NCBI GenBank assembly: GCA_014382695.1
Contig: JACNJF010000194.1
Location: 861 to 64,860 of the forward strand
Direction: 5' to 3'
Length of the DNA: 64,000 nucleotides
Origin: Gammaproteobacteria bacterium
GTDB taxonomy: Bacteria; Pseudomonadota; Gammaproteobacteria; GCA-001735895
The notes beneath the pieces are model-generated. The model was not told the origin of the DNA, ran no database searches, and worked only from the letters and a program-made list of their open reading frames with translations. Position 1 is the stretch's first letter; each line of letters begins with the position of its first letter. The position numbers were made by a program, and so were the translations under genes. This document shows positions 9,035-17,756 of this stretch, piece by piece.

Positions 9035-11302
9035 ATGTCCGAAGATTTTCGCGAAAAAGCACTTGAATACCATCAATTTCCAACCCCCGGTAAATTATGT
9101 ATTCAGTCTACCGTACCTTTAACCACTCAGCGGGATCTGGCGCTAGCGTATTCGCCCGGAGTGGCTTATGCCTGTGAAGAGATTGAAAAGGATCCGTTGA
9201 AAGCGAGTGACTATACCGCGCGTGCCAATCTGGTTGGCGTCATAACGAATGGTACTGCAGTACTGGGTCTGGGTGCTATTGGCCCACTGGCCTCCAAGCC
9301 GGTGATGGAAGGGAAGGCGGTACTATTCAAGAAATTTGCCAATATCGATGTGTTTGATATCGAGATCAAGGAAGAGGATCCGATCAAGCTGGCGCAGACG
9401 ATCGAACGTCTGGAGCCTACCTTCGGCGGCATCAATCTGGAAGATATCAAGGCACCCGAATGCTTCATCGTGGAAGAGTATCTGCGTAAACATATGTCGA
9501 TACCGGTATTTCATGATGATCAGCATGGTACCGCGATCGTGGTTGCTGCCGCTTTAACCAGCGCCCTGGAGCTGGTTGGCAAGCCGATCGATAAGATCAA
9601 GCTGGTCTCATCCGGCGCAGGTGCAGCCGCGTTGGCCTGTCTTAACCTGCTGGTTTCGATGGGGCTGCCACGCGAAAATGTGATTGTCACGGATATCGAT
9701 GGCGTAGTTTATAAGGGCCGGGTGAAAGGGGCCGATCCGTATAAAGATCGCTATGCGGTGGACACTCCACATCGTACCCTGGCCGATGCCATCGCAGGTG
9801 CCGATGTATTTCTTGGCCTGTCAGCGGCGAATGTGCTGAAGCCTGCAATGCTGAAAACTATGGCCGAGCAGCCGGTCGTGTTCGCACTGGCGAATCCTAA
9901 CCCGGAAATTAATCCACTCGATGCGGTCAAGGTGCGTGATGATTTAATCATTGCAACCGGCCGTTCAGATTTTCCAAATCAGGTTAATAACGTGCTGTGT
10001 TTTCCTTTTCTTTTCCGCGGTGCGCTCGATGTCGGGGCCACCGAAATCAATGAAGAAATGAAGATTGCAGCGGTACATGCCATCTCGCGTCTGGCACGCG
10101 CCGGCAGTACTTCGGATATCGTCAGTTCTGCGTATGCGGGACAGTCACTACGCTTTGGACGCGAGTACCTGATACCAAAGCCGTTTGACCCACGTCTGAT
10201 CATTGAAATCGCGAGTGCAGTGGCACAGGCCGCGATGGACTCTGGTGTAGCCACCCGACCCATTGCTAATATGGCTGAGTATCGCGATAAGTTAACCAGT
10301 TTTGTGTATCGCTCTGGTTTGATCATGAAGCCAGTCTTTGAGCTGGCCAGAAACAGCCAGAAAAAGGTCGTTTTCCCAGAAGGTGAAAACCTGAAGGTGT
10401 TACAGGCGGTTGAAAATATTGTGCAGGATCGGCTCGCATTTCCGATTTTGTTAGGTCGCCCCGAGATCATCAAGGCGCAGATCAGCGAATATGGTTTGAG
10501 CATGCAGGAAGGGCGTGATTTTCAGATTATTTACGATACTGATGTCGAGAAATACGCCAGCAGCTATTACCAGATCATGCACAGACGAGGCGTCACCCTG
10601 ATGGAAGCAGAATCTCTGGTGCTGTCGAGTACTACGCTACAGGCCGCATTGATGGTTAAGCTGGGCGAAGCGGATACCTTTATCTGTGGTTCGATCGGTC
10701 GTTTCAATCAGCACCTGAAGCAGGTGATGGATGTTGCCGAACAACCGGATGGTGAGCAGCATATCTCGACTTTGAATGTGCATATATTAAATACCGGCAC
10801 TATCTTCATCTGCGATACCCAGGTCACGGTAAATCCGGCTGCTGAAGATATTGCTCAAATGGCGATAGCGGGTGCACGTGAAGTCGAACGTTTTGGAATC
10901 AAGCCACAGGTGGCGCTGCTATCGCACTCCAATTTTGGTAACCGAGATTCTGCTTCGGCCAGAAAAATGCGTGAAGCACTGGCTATCATTCGTAAACTGG
11001 ATCCAACGCTGGAAGTTGATGGTGAAATGCAAGCTGAATCGGCACTCTCTGCGGCTAAGCGCGGTGAAAAATTTGCCGATTCCAATCTGCAGGGTGCGGC
11101 TAATTTACTGGTGATGCCAAATCTGGACGCGGGTAATATCACCTCTAGCGTGTTACATGTGCTGGGCGGCGGAGTTTCCATCGGTCCTATTTTGATGGGC
11201 TGCAAGCTGGCCGGACATGTGGTGAATTCATCGATCAGTGTACGCGGCCTGGTGAATATGACCGTGGTTGCAGTGGCGCAGACTATTCAAGCTGCAAACT
11301 AA
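9035..11302 (+). CDS. maeB: NADP-dependent malic enzyme with C-terminal phosphotransacetylase-like domain
   Basis: Strong colinear match to E. coli MaeB N-terminus (FPTPGK..QRDLALAYSPGVA..DPLKA..YTAR.NLV.VI.NGTAVLGLG.IG). 755 aa. Confidence 0.95.
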   Translation: MSEDFREKALEYHQFPTPGKLCIQSTVPLTTQRDLALAYSPGVAYACEEIEKDPLKASDYTARANLVGVITNGTAVLGLGAIGPLASKPVMEGKAVLFKKFANIDVFDIEIKEEDPIKLAQTIERLEPTFGGINLEDIKAPECFIVEEYLRKHMSIPVFHDDQHGTAIVVAAALTSALELVGKPIDKIKLVSSGAGAAALACLNLLVSMGLPRENVIVTDIDGVVYKGRVKGADPYKDRYAVDTPHRTLADAIAGADVFLGLSAANVLKPAMLKTMAEQPVVFALANPNPEINPLDAVKVRDDLIIATGRSDFPNQVNNVLCFPFLFRGALDVGATEINEEMKIAAVHAISRLARAGSTSDIVSSAYAGQSLRFGREYLIPKPFDPRLIIEIASAVAQAAMDSGVATRPIANMAEYRDKLTSFVYRSGLIMKPVFELARNSQKKVVFPEGENLKVLQAVENIVQDRLAFPILLGRPEIIKAQISEYGLSMQEGRDFQIIYDTDVEKYASSYYQIMHRRGVTLMEAESLVLSSTTLQAALMVKLGEADTFICGSIGRFNQHLKQVMDVAEQPDGEQHISTLNVHILNTGTIFICDTQVTVNPAAEDIAQMAIAGAREVERFGIKPQVALLSHSNFGNRDSASARKMREALAIIRKLDPTLEVDGEMQAESALSAAKRGEKFADSNLQGAANLLVMPNLDAGNITSSVLHVLGGGVSIGPILMGCKLAGHVVNSSISVRGLVNMTVVAVAQTIQAAN

Positions 11303-11354
11303 ACTCAGGCACAGGGATCAGCTTGACAATATAAGTAAATACTAATATTGTTAT

Positions 11355-11380
11355 AGCCTTTTACGGATCTGTAAAAGGCT
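11355..11380 (+). promoter_or_regulatory. perfect 10-bp stem / 6-nt loop hairpin (agccttttac-ggatct-gtaaaaggct) abutting the ATG of the downstream gene
   Basis: Inverted repeat read directly. The right arm contains the only purine-rich ribosome-binding-like tract (aaagg) for the ATG at 11381. No T-run follows it. Confidence 0.4.
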
Positions 11381-12769
11381 ATGGCATCCACCCATCAGGA
11401 TTCGCTTCAGGCGAAACGAATCGCTGGAATTATCAGCGTTGTTATCTTCATTCTGGTCGGCATCAACGGCATCTTCACCTATTCAGGCGCGCATCTGTTT
11501 ATCAAGGAGATGCTGTTTGCGATATTGTTTGCGATTGCGGTGCAGTTTTCTATCGCCATCAGCCTGATTGCACTGCCGTATGTTAAGGGCGTCGGTAAGC
11601 TGGTGTTGCTAGTGGTGTATGTCGCTGCCCTGACCCTTTCCACGCTATCGGCCTATACCTTCATCTACAATGCCGGATTGCCGGGTACCATTGGCGATAG
11701 TAATGCCGTTAATACCCAGCTGAAGGCGCGTGTGGCCAATCAGTTAAGCGAAGTGATACTGCTGGAACAGGGCTTTATCGATGCGCAGACCGAACGTCTT
11801 GCCTTTCTCAAGCGCCAGGCTGAAGAAGAAGCACTGCGTGGCTTTCGTTCCGGTCTGGGAGCAGGCAAAGGGCCTGAGTATTATCAGAAGATAGAAATGC
11901 TACAGGCGGATGAAGTCCGTTTTGAAGCACAAAAACGCAAGTATGCAGAAGCAAAAACCATCTATGCCGAGATGGATAGTGCGTTGATGCAAAACACTCA
12001 GGGCCAGCGTGAAATACTGATCCTGTTGCTGTCTCGGCTGAAGTCTGTTGTCATCACGGATGAATCGAAACAGATACTGTCGGATATTTCACAAAGCAAA
12101 CTGGCGATCATTCAAAGTCCAATCGAAACCGCGATGGGGGTCATCATGGATCGTGATGCCTATTCGATACAGCTCGCAGTGAGCATTATCTGGGCCGCTG
12201 TCTTTGACTTGCTGGCATTGTTTCTGGGCATTATCCGTTACTATATCCTGCGCCCGAATTATTCTATCCTGTCGGTTATTTACGATACTATTTCAGCCTT
12301 CGTGACCTTCATCATCCGGCTTGGCTATCTGAAAAAAGATGCGCGCCAGAAGTACAATCAGGAGCTGCAGAACCAGAGCCACGGTACCCCGCTAAACTCT
12401 TCAGAAATGCAGTCTTTTGCGACCTATGTGATGGCGGGCAGTTTATTCTCCGCCGGTGAAGATCAGAATGCGATTGAGCCTTTGCAGAATTTAATCAGCC
12501 ATATTGAGCCGCTGAAGCTGGCCAGTGATCCGCGCGGCGTCGGTATTCCGTTTGCGGTAGTGGATGAGCAGAAGGCGATGAAAACCCTGATGGCGATGTT
12601 GATTCAGAGTCAGGTATTTCTGTCTGATGTGGAAAACGGGGTGTATGTGATGAACCCTGGCAGCGAAATGGCGCAGAAGATTCTGGTGTTCATCAAGATG
12701 GGGCTGAAAGATCCGAGCAAACAAAAAGAACTATCGCGTTTTGCGATTCCAGCAGAGGCTAATGCCTAG
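11381..12769 (+). CDS. hypothetical polytopic membrane protein with central coiled-coil region (462 aa)
   Basis: Three N-terminal TM helices, a long charged/helical segment (EEEALRGF.., QADEVRFEAQKRKYAEAK), two further TM helices and a C-terminal soluble domain. No known domain recognised. Confidence 0.6.
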   Translation: MASTHQDSLQAKRIAGIISVVIFILVGINGIFTYSGAHLFIKEMLFAILFAIAVQFSIAISLIALPYVKGVGKLVLLVVYVAALTLSTLSAYTFIYNAGLPGTIGDSNAVNTQLKARVANQLSEVILLEQGFIDAQTERLAFLKRQAEEEALRGFRSGLGAGKGPEYYQKIEMLQADEVRFEAQKRKYAEAKTIYAEMDSALMQNTQGQREILILLLSRLKSVVITDESKQILSDISQSKLAIIQSPIETAMGVIMDRDAYSIQLAVSIIWAAVFDLLALFLGIIRYYILRPNYSILSVIYDTISAFVTFIIRLGYLKKDARQKYNQELQNQSHGTPLNSSEMQSFATYVMAGSLFSAGEDQNAIEPLQNLISHIEPLKLASDPRGVGIPFAVVDEQKAMKTLMAMLIQSQVFLSDVENGVYVMNPGSEMAQKILVFIKMGLKDPSKQKELSRFAIPAEANA

Positions 12770-12855
12770 ATCAATTCCTGGATCAATAATAGTGTCTGCT
12801 GGTATCCATTCTGAGCAGCGTTTAGAATGGACGGATTGACTGGACTCACTCAATT

Positions 12856-13023
12856 ATGCAATTTCTGATTATACTACTGCTGGTACTCTCTTTTTTTCTG
12901 TATCAAACCTTCCGATTATGGCCCAAGGTCGAATTACGTCGTTATCTGGTGCTGTTATTGATTGTCGATACCTGGCTGAGCATCGTACTGATGTATCTGT
13001 TTTATAGTGCGCTTTTTGATTAA
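12856..13023 (+). CDS. possible 55-aa hydrophobic small membrane protein (MQFLIILLLVLSFFLYQTF...)
   Basis: Short ORF in the 260-nt gap between two convergent genes. Two predicted TM helices. Below the ORF-track size cutoff, so weak. Confidence 0.2.
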   Translation: MQFLIILLLVLSFFLYQTFRLWPKVELRRYLVLLLIVDTWLSIVLMYLFYSALFD

Positions 13024-13033
13024 TAGAGCGTTT

Positions 13034-13408
13034 TCAATCAAGATGTAACTCGGAACTTTTGAGAATGGCCTCAATACGGTCTTCAAAATCGGCTCCTATC
13101 GGCTTTGAGATGTAGTTATCGCAGCCGGATTTAATCGCCTTCTGACTATCGGCGCTCATCACCGAAGCGGTTACGGCAATAATCAGTCCGCCATAGCCAC
13201 TCTCACGTAGCTTGCGTGTAGCCTGATGCCCATCCATGACCGGCATATGCATATCCATCAGCACCAGGTCAAAATCGCCCGCAGGCGCTTTTTCGACCGC
13301 TTGCTGACCATTGAACGCCAGCTCAACCTGATGTTTGCGCAGGGTCAGTCTCATGTTAATCATGCGGCTGATGAATTCATCATCCTCGACCAGTAAGATT
13401 TTAGCCAT
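13034..13408 (-). CDS. single-domain response regulator (CheY-like receiver)
   Basis: ILLVEDDE ... DLVLMDMHMPVMDG ... AVTAS ... K motif set of receiver domains. 124 aa. 5-nt gap to the upstream kinase gene. Confidence 0.9.
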   Translation of the reverse strand: MAKILLVEDDEFISRMINMRLTLRKHQVELAFNGQQAVEKAPAGDFDLVLMDMHMPVMDGHQATRKLRESGYGGLIIAVTASVMSADSQKAIKSGCDNYISKPIGADFEDRIEAILKSSELHLD

Positions 13409-13413
13409 TCTGT

Positions 13414-15969
13414 TTACTCCTGCTTAAGCGTGAAAGAAAAAGTGGTGCCTGAACCATAGATGCTCTCCACCTGTATGTTGCCACCATGTAACTCGACTAG
13501 ACGTTTTGTAATGGCCAGACCAAGCCCCGAACCGCCCACATTGCGGGTGGATGAATCATCGACCTGATGAAAGGTATCAAATATGAATGGCAGTTCCTTC
13601 TGTGGGATGCCAATACCAGTATCGGCCACGCTGAAGGTAACCCGTTTATCCTGTTGCACCGCCGATATTTTTATACTGCCCTGGCGGGTAAATTTAAGCG
13701 CATTTCCGAGCAGGTTGATCAAAATCTGACGCAGGCGACGTGCATCGACCTGAAACTCAAAATCTTGCGCATCGGTCATCAGCTCAATCGACTTGCGCTC
13801 GGCCAGGTTTTCAAACTTGCGTATCATCTCCTGGATTAGCGGGAGGCTGTGGATTGTTTCCAGTTGAAGATCCATCTGGCCGGCTTCTATCTTGGAGATG
13901 TCGAGTAGATCGTTGATCATTTCGAGTAGATGGTTGCCGGAAATATCCATATCGTTGGCGATCTGTGCAATGATTTCAGCAGATGGCATCTGTTCCAGGT
14001 TTTTTAGCATGGGCAGATAACCCAGAATGACGGTGAGAGGGGTACGCAGCTCATGACTCATCACGTTCAGAAACGCTGACTTTTGCCGGTTAGCATCTTC
14101 GGCGGCCAGCTTTGCCCTGAGCATGGCCTGTTCCGAGCGTTTTTGCTCGGTAATATCCAGGTTCACCCCGATCATGCGCTGGGCACGCTTTTGATCATCC
14201 AGCACTACCAGTGCAGAGGCCTTGATATGGCGTTCTTCATGATTCGGCCACAGGATACGAAACTCCGTTTCGAAAGACTTGCCATTCTGAATCGCGTCAT
14301 TCAGTTCTGCTTTGGTGCGCAGTAGATCATCCGGATGCAGCGCTCCCTGCCAGGCTTCGTAGGCATCAGGAAACTGATCTTTGGTGAGGCCATACAGGTC
14401 GAACATACGTTTATCCCAGTTCAGGGTGTTCTGGATCACATCAAAATCCCATACCCCAATACTACCGGCACGAGCGGCCAGCTCCAGACGATCATTAAAT
14501 TCCTTTAACTCGTTTTCCTGCTGTTTCATATCGGTCAGGTCCTTAACTGTACCGATAAACAGTGTGCCCCCATTCACCTGAGCCTGTCCGACCGACAGGT
14601 TCATCGGGAAGGTGAGCCCTGATTTTCTTTTACCGACCACTTCACGTCCGATACCAATGATGCGCTTTTCATGGGTTTGCTGATAATGATCCAGATAACC
14701 GTCATGCTCAGAATGGTATGGCTCAGGCATCAGGATTTTAATATTCTGACCGATCACTTCTTCGGCACTATATCCAAACATTTTTTCAGCCGCAGGGCTG
14801 AATAGACTGACAATACCCAGAGGATTGATCGTGATCACGGCATCGACGGCATTCTCAACGATTGTCCGGTTCATCTTTTCACTTTCAACCAGTTGCCGAC
14901 TGCGCTGGTTAACCAGTTTTTTAATGACAACCTCGCGGTTAATCAGATTGCGTAGATAAAAGCTGATCAGCAGGGTGAAGGTTATACCCACCGCTAACAC
15001 CAGCCACTCGGTCTGTTTGGAATGCAGCTGGGCAAACTGGGTGGTGGCGATACTGGTGATGCGCCAGGTACGGTTAGCAATCTGGATATCCCTGGCATAG
15101 CGCCAGCGCCAGCCTGGCAGGGGTTCCAGTTGCGCCGAAGATTTCATGCTATAGAGTAGTTCGGTATCTGCCAGATCAGTGATATCGATGATCTTTATCA
15201 TCAGTGGATCGAGTAATGCCTTGAGTGGCTGAATGGCCGATTTAAACAGGTCGCCCACGCGAAATACGCCTAACACATAGCCATTAAATCTTTCCTGCGA
15301 CAGGGTCTGGTTTTTTTCTAGCGGTACAAATATGGGTTGAATAATCAAAAATCCCTTTTGTCGGGCGGATGCCTGAATCAGGGTAATGCTTGAGGTTGCC
15401 TGCGTTTGCCGGCTTAGACGTGCCATTTGCAGACTGGCCATGCGCTCGGGACTGGTTGCAAGATCAAACCCTAATACCGCCATGTTTCTGGCCAGGGGTT
15501 CAACATAAAACACCGGGTAATATACCCAGTGATCCTGGGTTGGGATTAGTTTTCCTTCGGCGTTTTGTGACCTGAACTCAAAATCAGTCAGGCCGTCCGC
15601 AAGCGCATTTAAGCGATAGGTTTCACGTTCGCTGGCCATCACCTGCGGAACCCATTCCATGGCATGGATTGAAGCGTTATCCCTGATCAGGGATTCGGTA
15701 AAGCGGAAGAAGTCTTCCCGGCTGACCTCGGGAGACACCATAAAAAACCGTTGTATACCGGATAGTCTGCTCTGATTGATTTCGAGTTCCTTACTCAGCG
15801 CATCGATGGCGAGCTGAGTGGCGCTTTCGTGTTCGACCTGAATGGTGCGGTTTTCCAGCTCTACTGCGACCCGAAACGCCAGAAAACTTAAGCCTAATCC
15901 TGTAAATAGAACCAGCCAGTGAATAAAGCTATTGCGCTGTTCCCGGTAAGGCTGCTGCATGGTTAACAT
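13414..15969 (-). CDS. sensor histidine kinase: periplasmic CHASE-like domain, TM, PAS x2, HisKA, HATPase_c
   Basis: H-box SHELRTPL. N/G boxes (LLGNALKFT, DTGIGIP, GGSGLGLAI). Two TM segments flanking a ~270-aa periplasmic domain. PAS motifs. No fused receiver. Confidence 0.9.
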   Translation of the reverse strand: MLTMQQPYREQRNSFIHWLVLFTGLGLSFLAFRVAVELENRTIQVEHESATQLAIDALSKELEINQSRLSGIQRFFMVSPEVSREDFFRFTESLIRDNASIHAMEWVPQVMASERETYRLNALADGLTDFEFRSQNAEGKLIPTQDHWVYYPVFYVEPLARNMAVLGFDLATSPERMASLQMARLSRQTQATSSITLIQASARQKGFLIIQPIFVPLEKNQTLSQERFNGYVLGVFRVGDLFKSAIQPLKALLDPLMIKIIDITDLADTELLYSMKSSAQLEPLPGWRWRYARDIQIANRTWRITSIATTQFAQLHSKQTEWLVLAVGITFTLLISFYLRNLINREVVIKKLVNQRSRQLVESEKMNRTIVENAVDAVITINPLGIVSLFSPAAEKMFGYSAEEVIGQNIKILMPEPYHSEHDGYLDHYQQTHEKRIIGIGREVVGKRKSGLTFPMNLSVGQAQVNGGTLFIGTVKDLTDMKQQENELKEFNDRLELAARAGSIGVWDFDVIQNTLNWDKRMFDLYGLTKDQFPDAYEAWQGALHPDDLLRTKAELNDAIQNGKSFETEFRILWPNHEERHIKASALVVLDDQKRAQRMIGVNLDITEQKRSEQAMLRAKLAAEDANRQKSAFLNVMSHELRTPLTVILGYLPMLKNLEQMPSAEIIAQIANDMDISGNHLLEMINDLLDISKIEAGQMDLQLETIHSLPLIQEMIRKFENLAERKSIELMTDAQDFEFQVDARRLRQILINLLGNALKFTRQGSIKISAVQQDKRVTFSVADTGIGIPQKELPFIFDTFHQVDDSSTRNVGGSGLGLAITKRLVELHGGNIQVESIYGSGTTFSFTLKQE

Positions 15970-17609
15970 TCATCATGAATAATAGTTTTGTTACGGCCAC
16001 TTTCCTTGGCCTGATAAAGGGCTTCATCCGCCGCTTCTATCAGCTTATTTTCCTGGCTGAAAGTGGTGCTGCCGGATATCCCTGCGCTAAAACTGCACTT
16101 AAACTCTTCCTTGTCACTCTTGAACGTTAGCTGAGAAAAAGAAACACGCAGTTTTTCAATGATTTCGAAGGCGGCATCCGGACTGGTATTCGGCATGATA
16201 ATACCAAATTCTTCGCCACCGTAACGCCCAATCAGATCGGATTTACGCAGGCGATCTGTCAGCAATTGCGCAAGAGATTTGAGTACTCGGTCGCCAATCG
16301 AATGGCCGAAACGGTCATTAACCTGTTTAAACAGGTCTATATCCAGCATCAGGTAACTGAGTGGTTCATTTTGACGCTGGCTACGAGCCAGTTCGGATTC
16401 AACCCGGCGTTTAAGGGTGATCTGATTGAGTAAGCCGGTCAGGCCATCGTGATACATCAGCTCGCTGAGGGTGCGCGAACGCTCTATTCTCGACTCAATG
16501 GTACTGATCAACTGTTTATCATCGATCGGTTTTACCAGAAAATCATCGCCCTGTTGCAGGGTCTGCAGCTGGATTTTACGGTTGGTTTCGGTCGACAGAA
16601 AAACAATCGGTGTACTGAAGTAGGTTTGATGCTGGCGCAATACGCTGGCGACTTCAAGACCGGTGATGCCTGGAAAATAAAAATCAAGCAACACCAGTTC
16701 CGGCTGAAACAAGGACATTTGCTCAAGGATGTGTTCTGGATCTGCTAATACGCTGGTATGCATACCCGCCTGACGTAATACCAGGCTGTAGTGCTGGGCC
16801 AGTTCTTCGGTATCGTCTACCACCAGCACCCGGTAGGGCTCGCGCCGGACCCGTTGCGTGATCAGATCCAGGTGATTCACCAGTTCGGAAATATCCAGTG
16901 GTTTTTCCAGGTAAGCGGAGCCACCTGCGCGCACCGCGGCGAGCCGGGATTCCCAGTCCTTGCGTTGAGAGATGAACAGAGCAGGTACCGGTTGCTGTAA
17001 AAGCTGGCGTATCTCGGAGGCAAACTGAGTGCCCGCTAATACACCTTCGGGCAAAATGATATCGAGTACCAGTGCATCCGGTATCTGCATTTCTACCATT
17101 TTTCTGGCGTCAGTCGCGGATGAAAATAAATGGGTTCTAAATCCATAATGTTGCAACTGCAGGCACAGATCCTGTCCCTGAAAAGCTTCATCTTCCACGA
17201 TATATATCAGACGCTGGGCCATGATGGATGGGGTAGTCAGCTGTTCCAACGGCTCAATAATCGAGGTGTTTTCAGGCCCGTTCTCAATCAGGGTATGCAA
17301 TGCCTGCAATCCCCGAACGAGATATTTTGTGGTTTTGCTATCCAGCGTATTTTTCTGGTTTATCGCCTCTTTGAGGATTAATTCCAGTTGGCGCGACTGC
17401 TCACTTAACTGAAAAAATCCGAAGGTACCGGCTGATCCACTCAGACTATGGATCTGGCGGAATATGTCATGCAGCATGGTTGCCGGGTCCGAATGATCGA
17501 CCAAACCATTCAGATCCGCAATCATCTGATCTACGCGAATCCCAAGATTAGCGGCAAACTCCAGCCTGAGAGCCGCTAACTGTTGCTGTATGTCATCCTG
17601 TCCGGGCAT
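15963..17609 (-). CDS. Hpt - REC - REC - GGDEF diguanylate cyclase
   Basis: N-terminal Hpt motif (QIHSLSGSAGTFGF). Two receiver domains (VEDE.., VVDD..). GGEEF active site with RKSD (RxxD) I-site. Overlaps the kinase gene start by 7 nt. Confidence 0.9.
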   Translation of the reverse strand: MPGQDDIQQQLAALRLEFAANLGIRVDQMIADLNGLVDHSDPATMLHDIFRQIHSLSGSAGTFGFFQLSEQSRQLELILKEAINQKNTLDSKTTKYLVRGLQALHTLIENGPENTSIIEPLEQLTTPSIMAQRLIYIVEDEAFQGQDLCLQLQHYGFRTHLFSSATDARKMVEMQIPDALVLDIILPEGVLAGTQFASEIRQLLQQPVPALFISQRKDWESRLAAVRAGGSAYLEKPLDISELVNHLDLITQRVRREPYRVLVVDDTEELAQHYSLVLRQAGMHTSVLADPEHILEQMSLFQPELVLLDFYFPGITGLEVASVLRQHQTYFSTPIVFLSTETNRKIQLQTLQQGDDFLVKPIDDKQLISTIESRIERSRTLSELMYHDGLTGLLNQITLKRRVESELARSQRQNEPLSYLMLDIDLFKQVNDRFGHSIGDRVLKSLAQLLTDRLRKSDLIGRYGGEEFGIIMPNTSPDAAFEIIEKLRVSFSQLTFKSDKEEFKCSFSAGISGSTTFSQENKLIEAADEALYQAKESGRNKTIIHDEC

Positions 17610-17756
17610 AGGGCTTTTATACTCACGATTAAAAAAATACGATAAATTAGATTAATAAATCAGTATAAACTTGTTTTATAGTTCTGTACTAGGCGTCAGA
17701 TTCATATTAATGTAATGTCCAGTTTTTATGTGGTTTTAAGGTAAGAGAGAGCAGCA

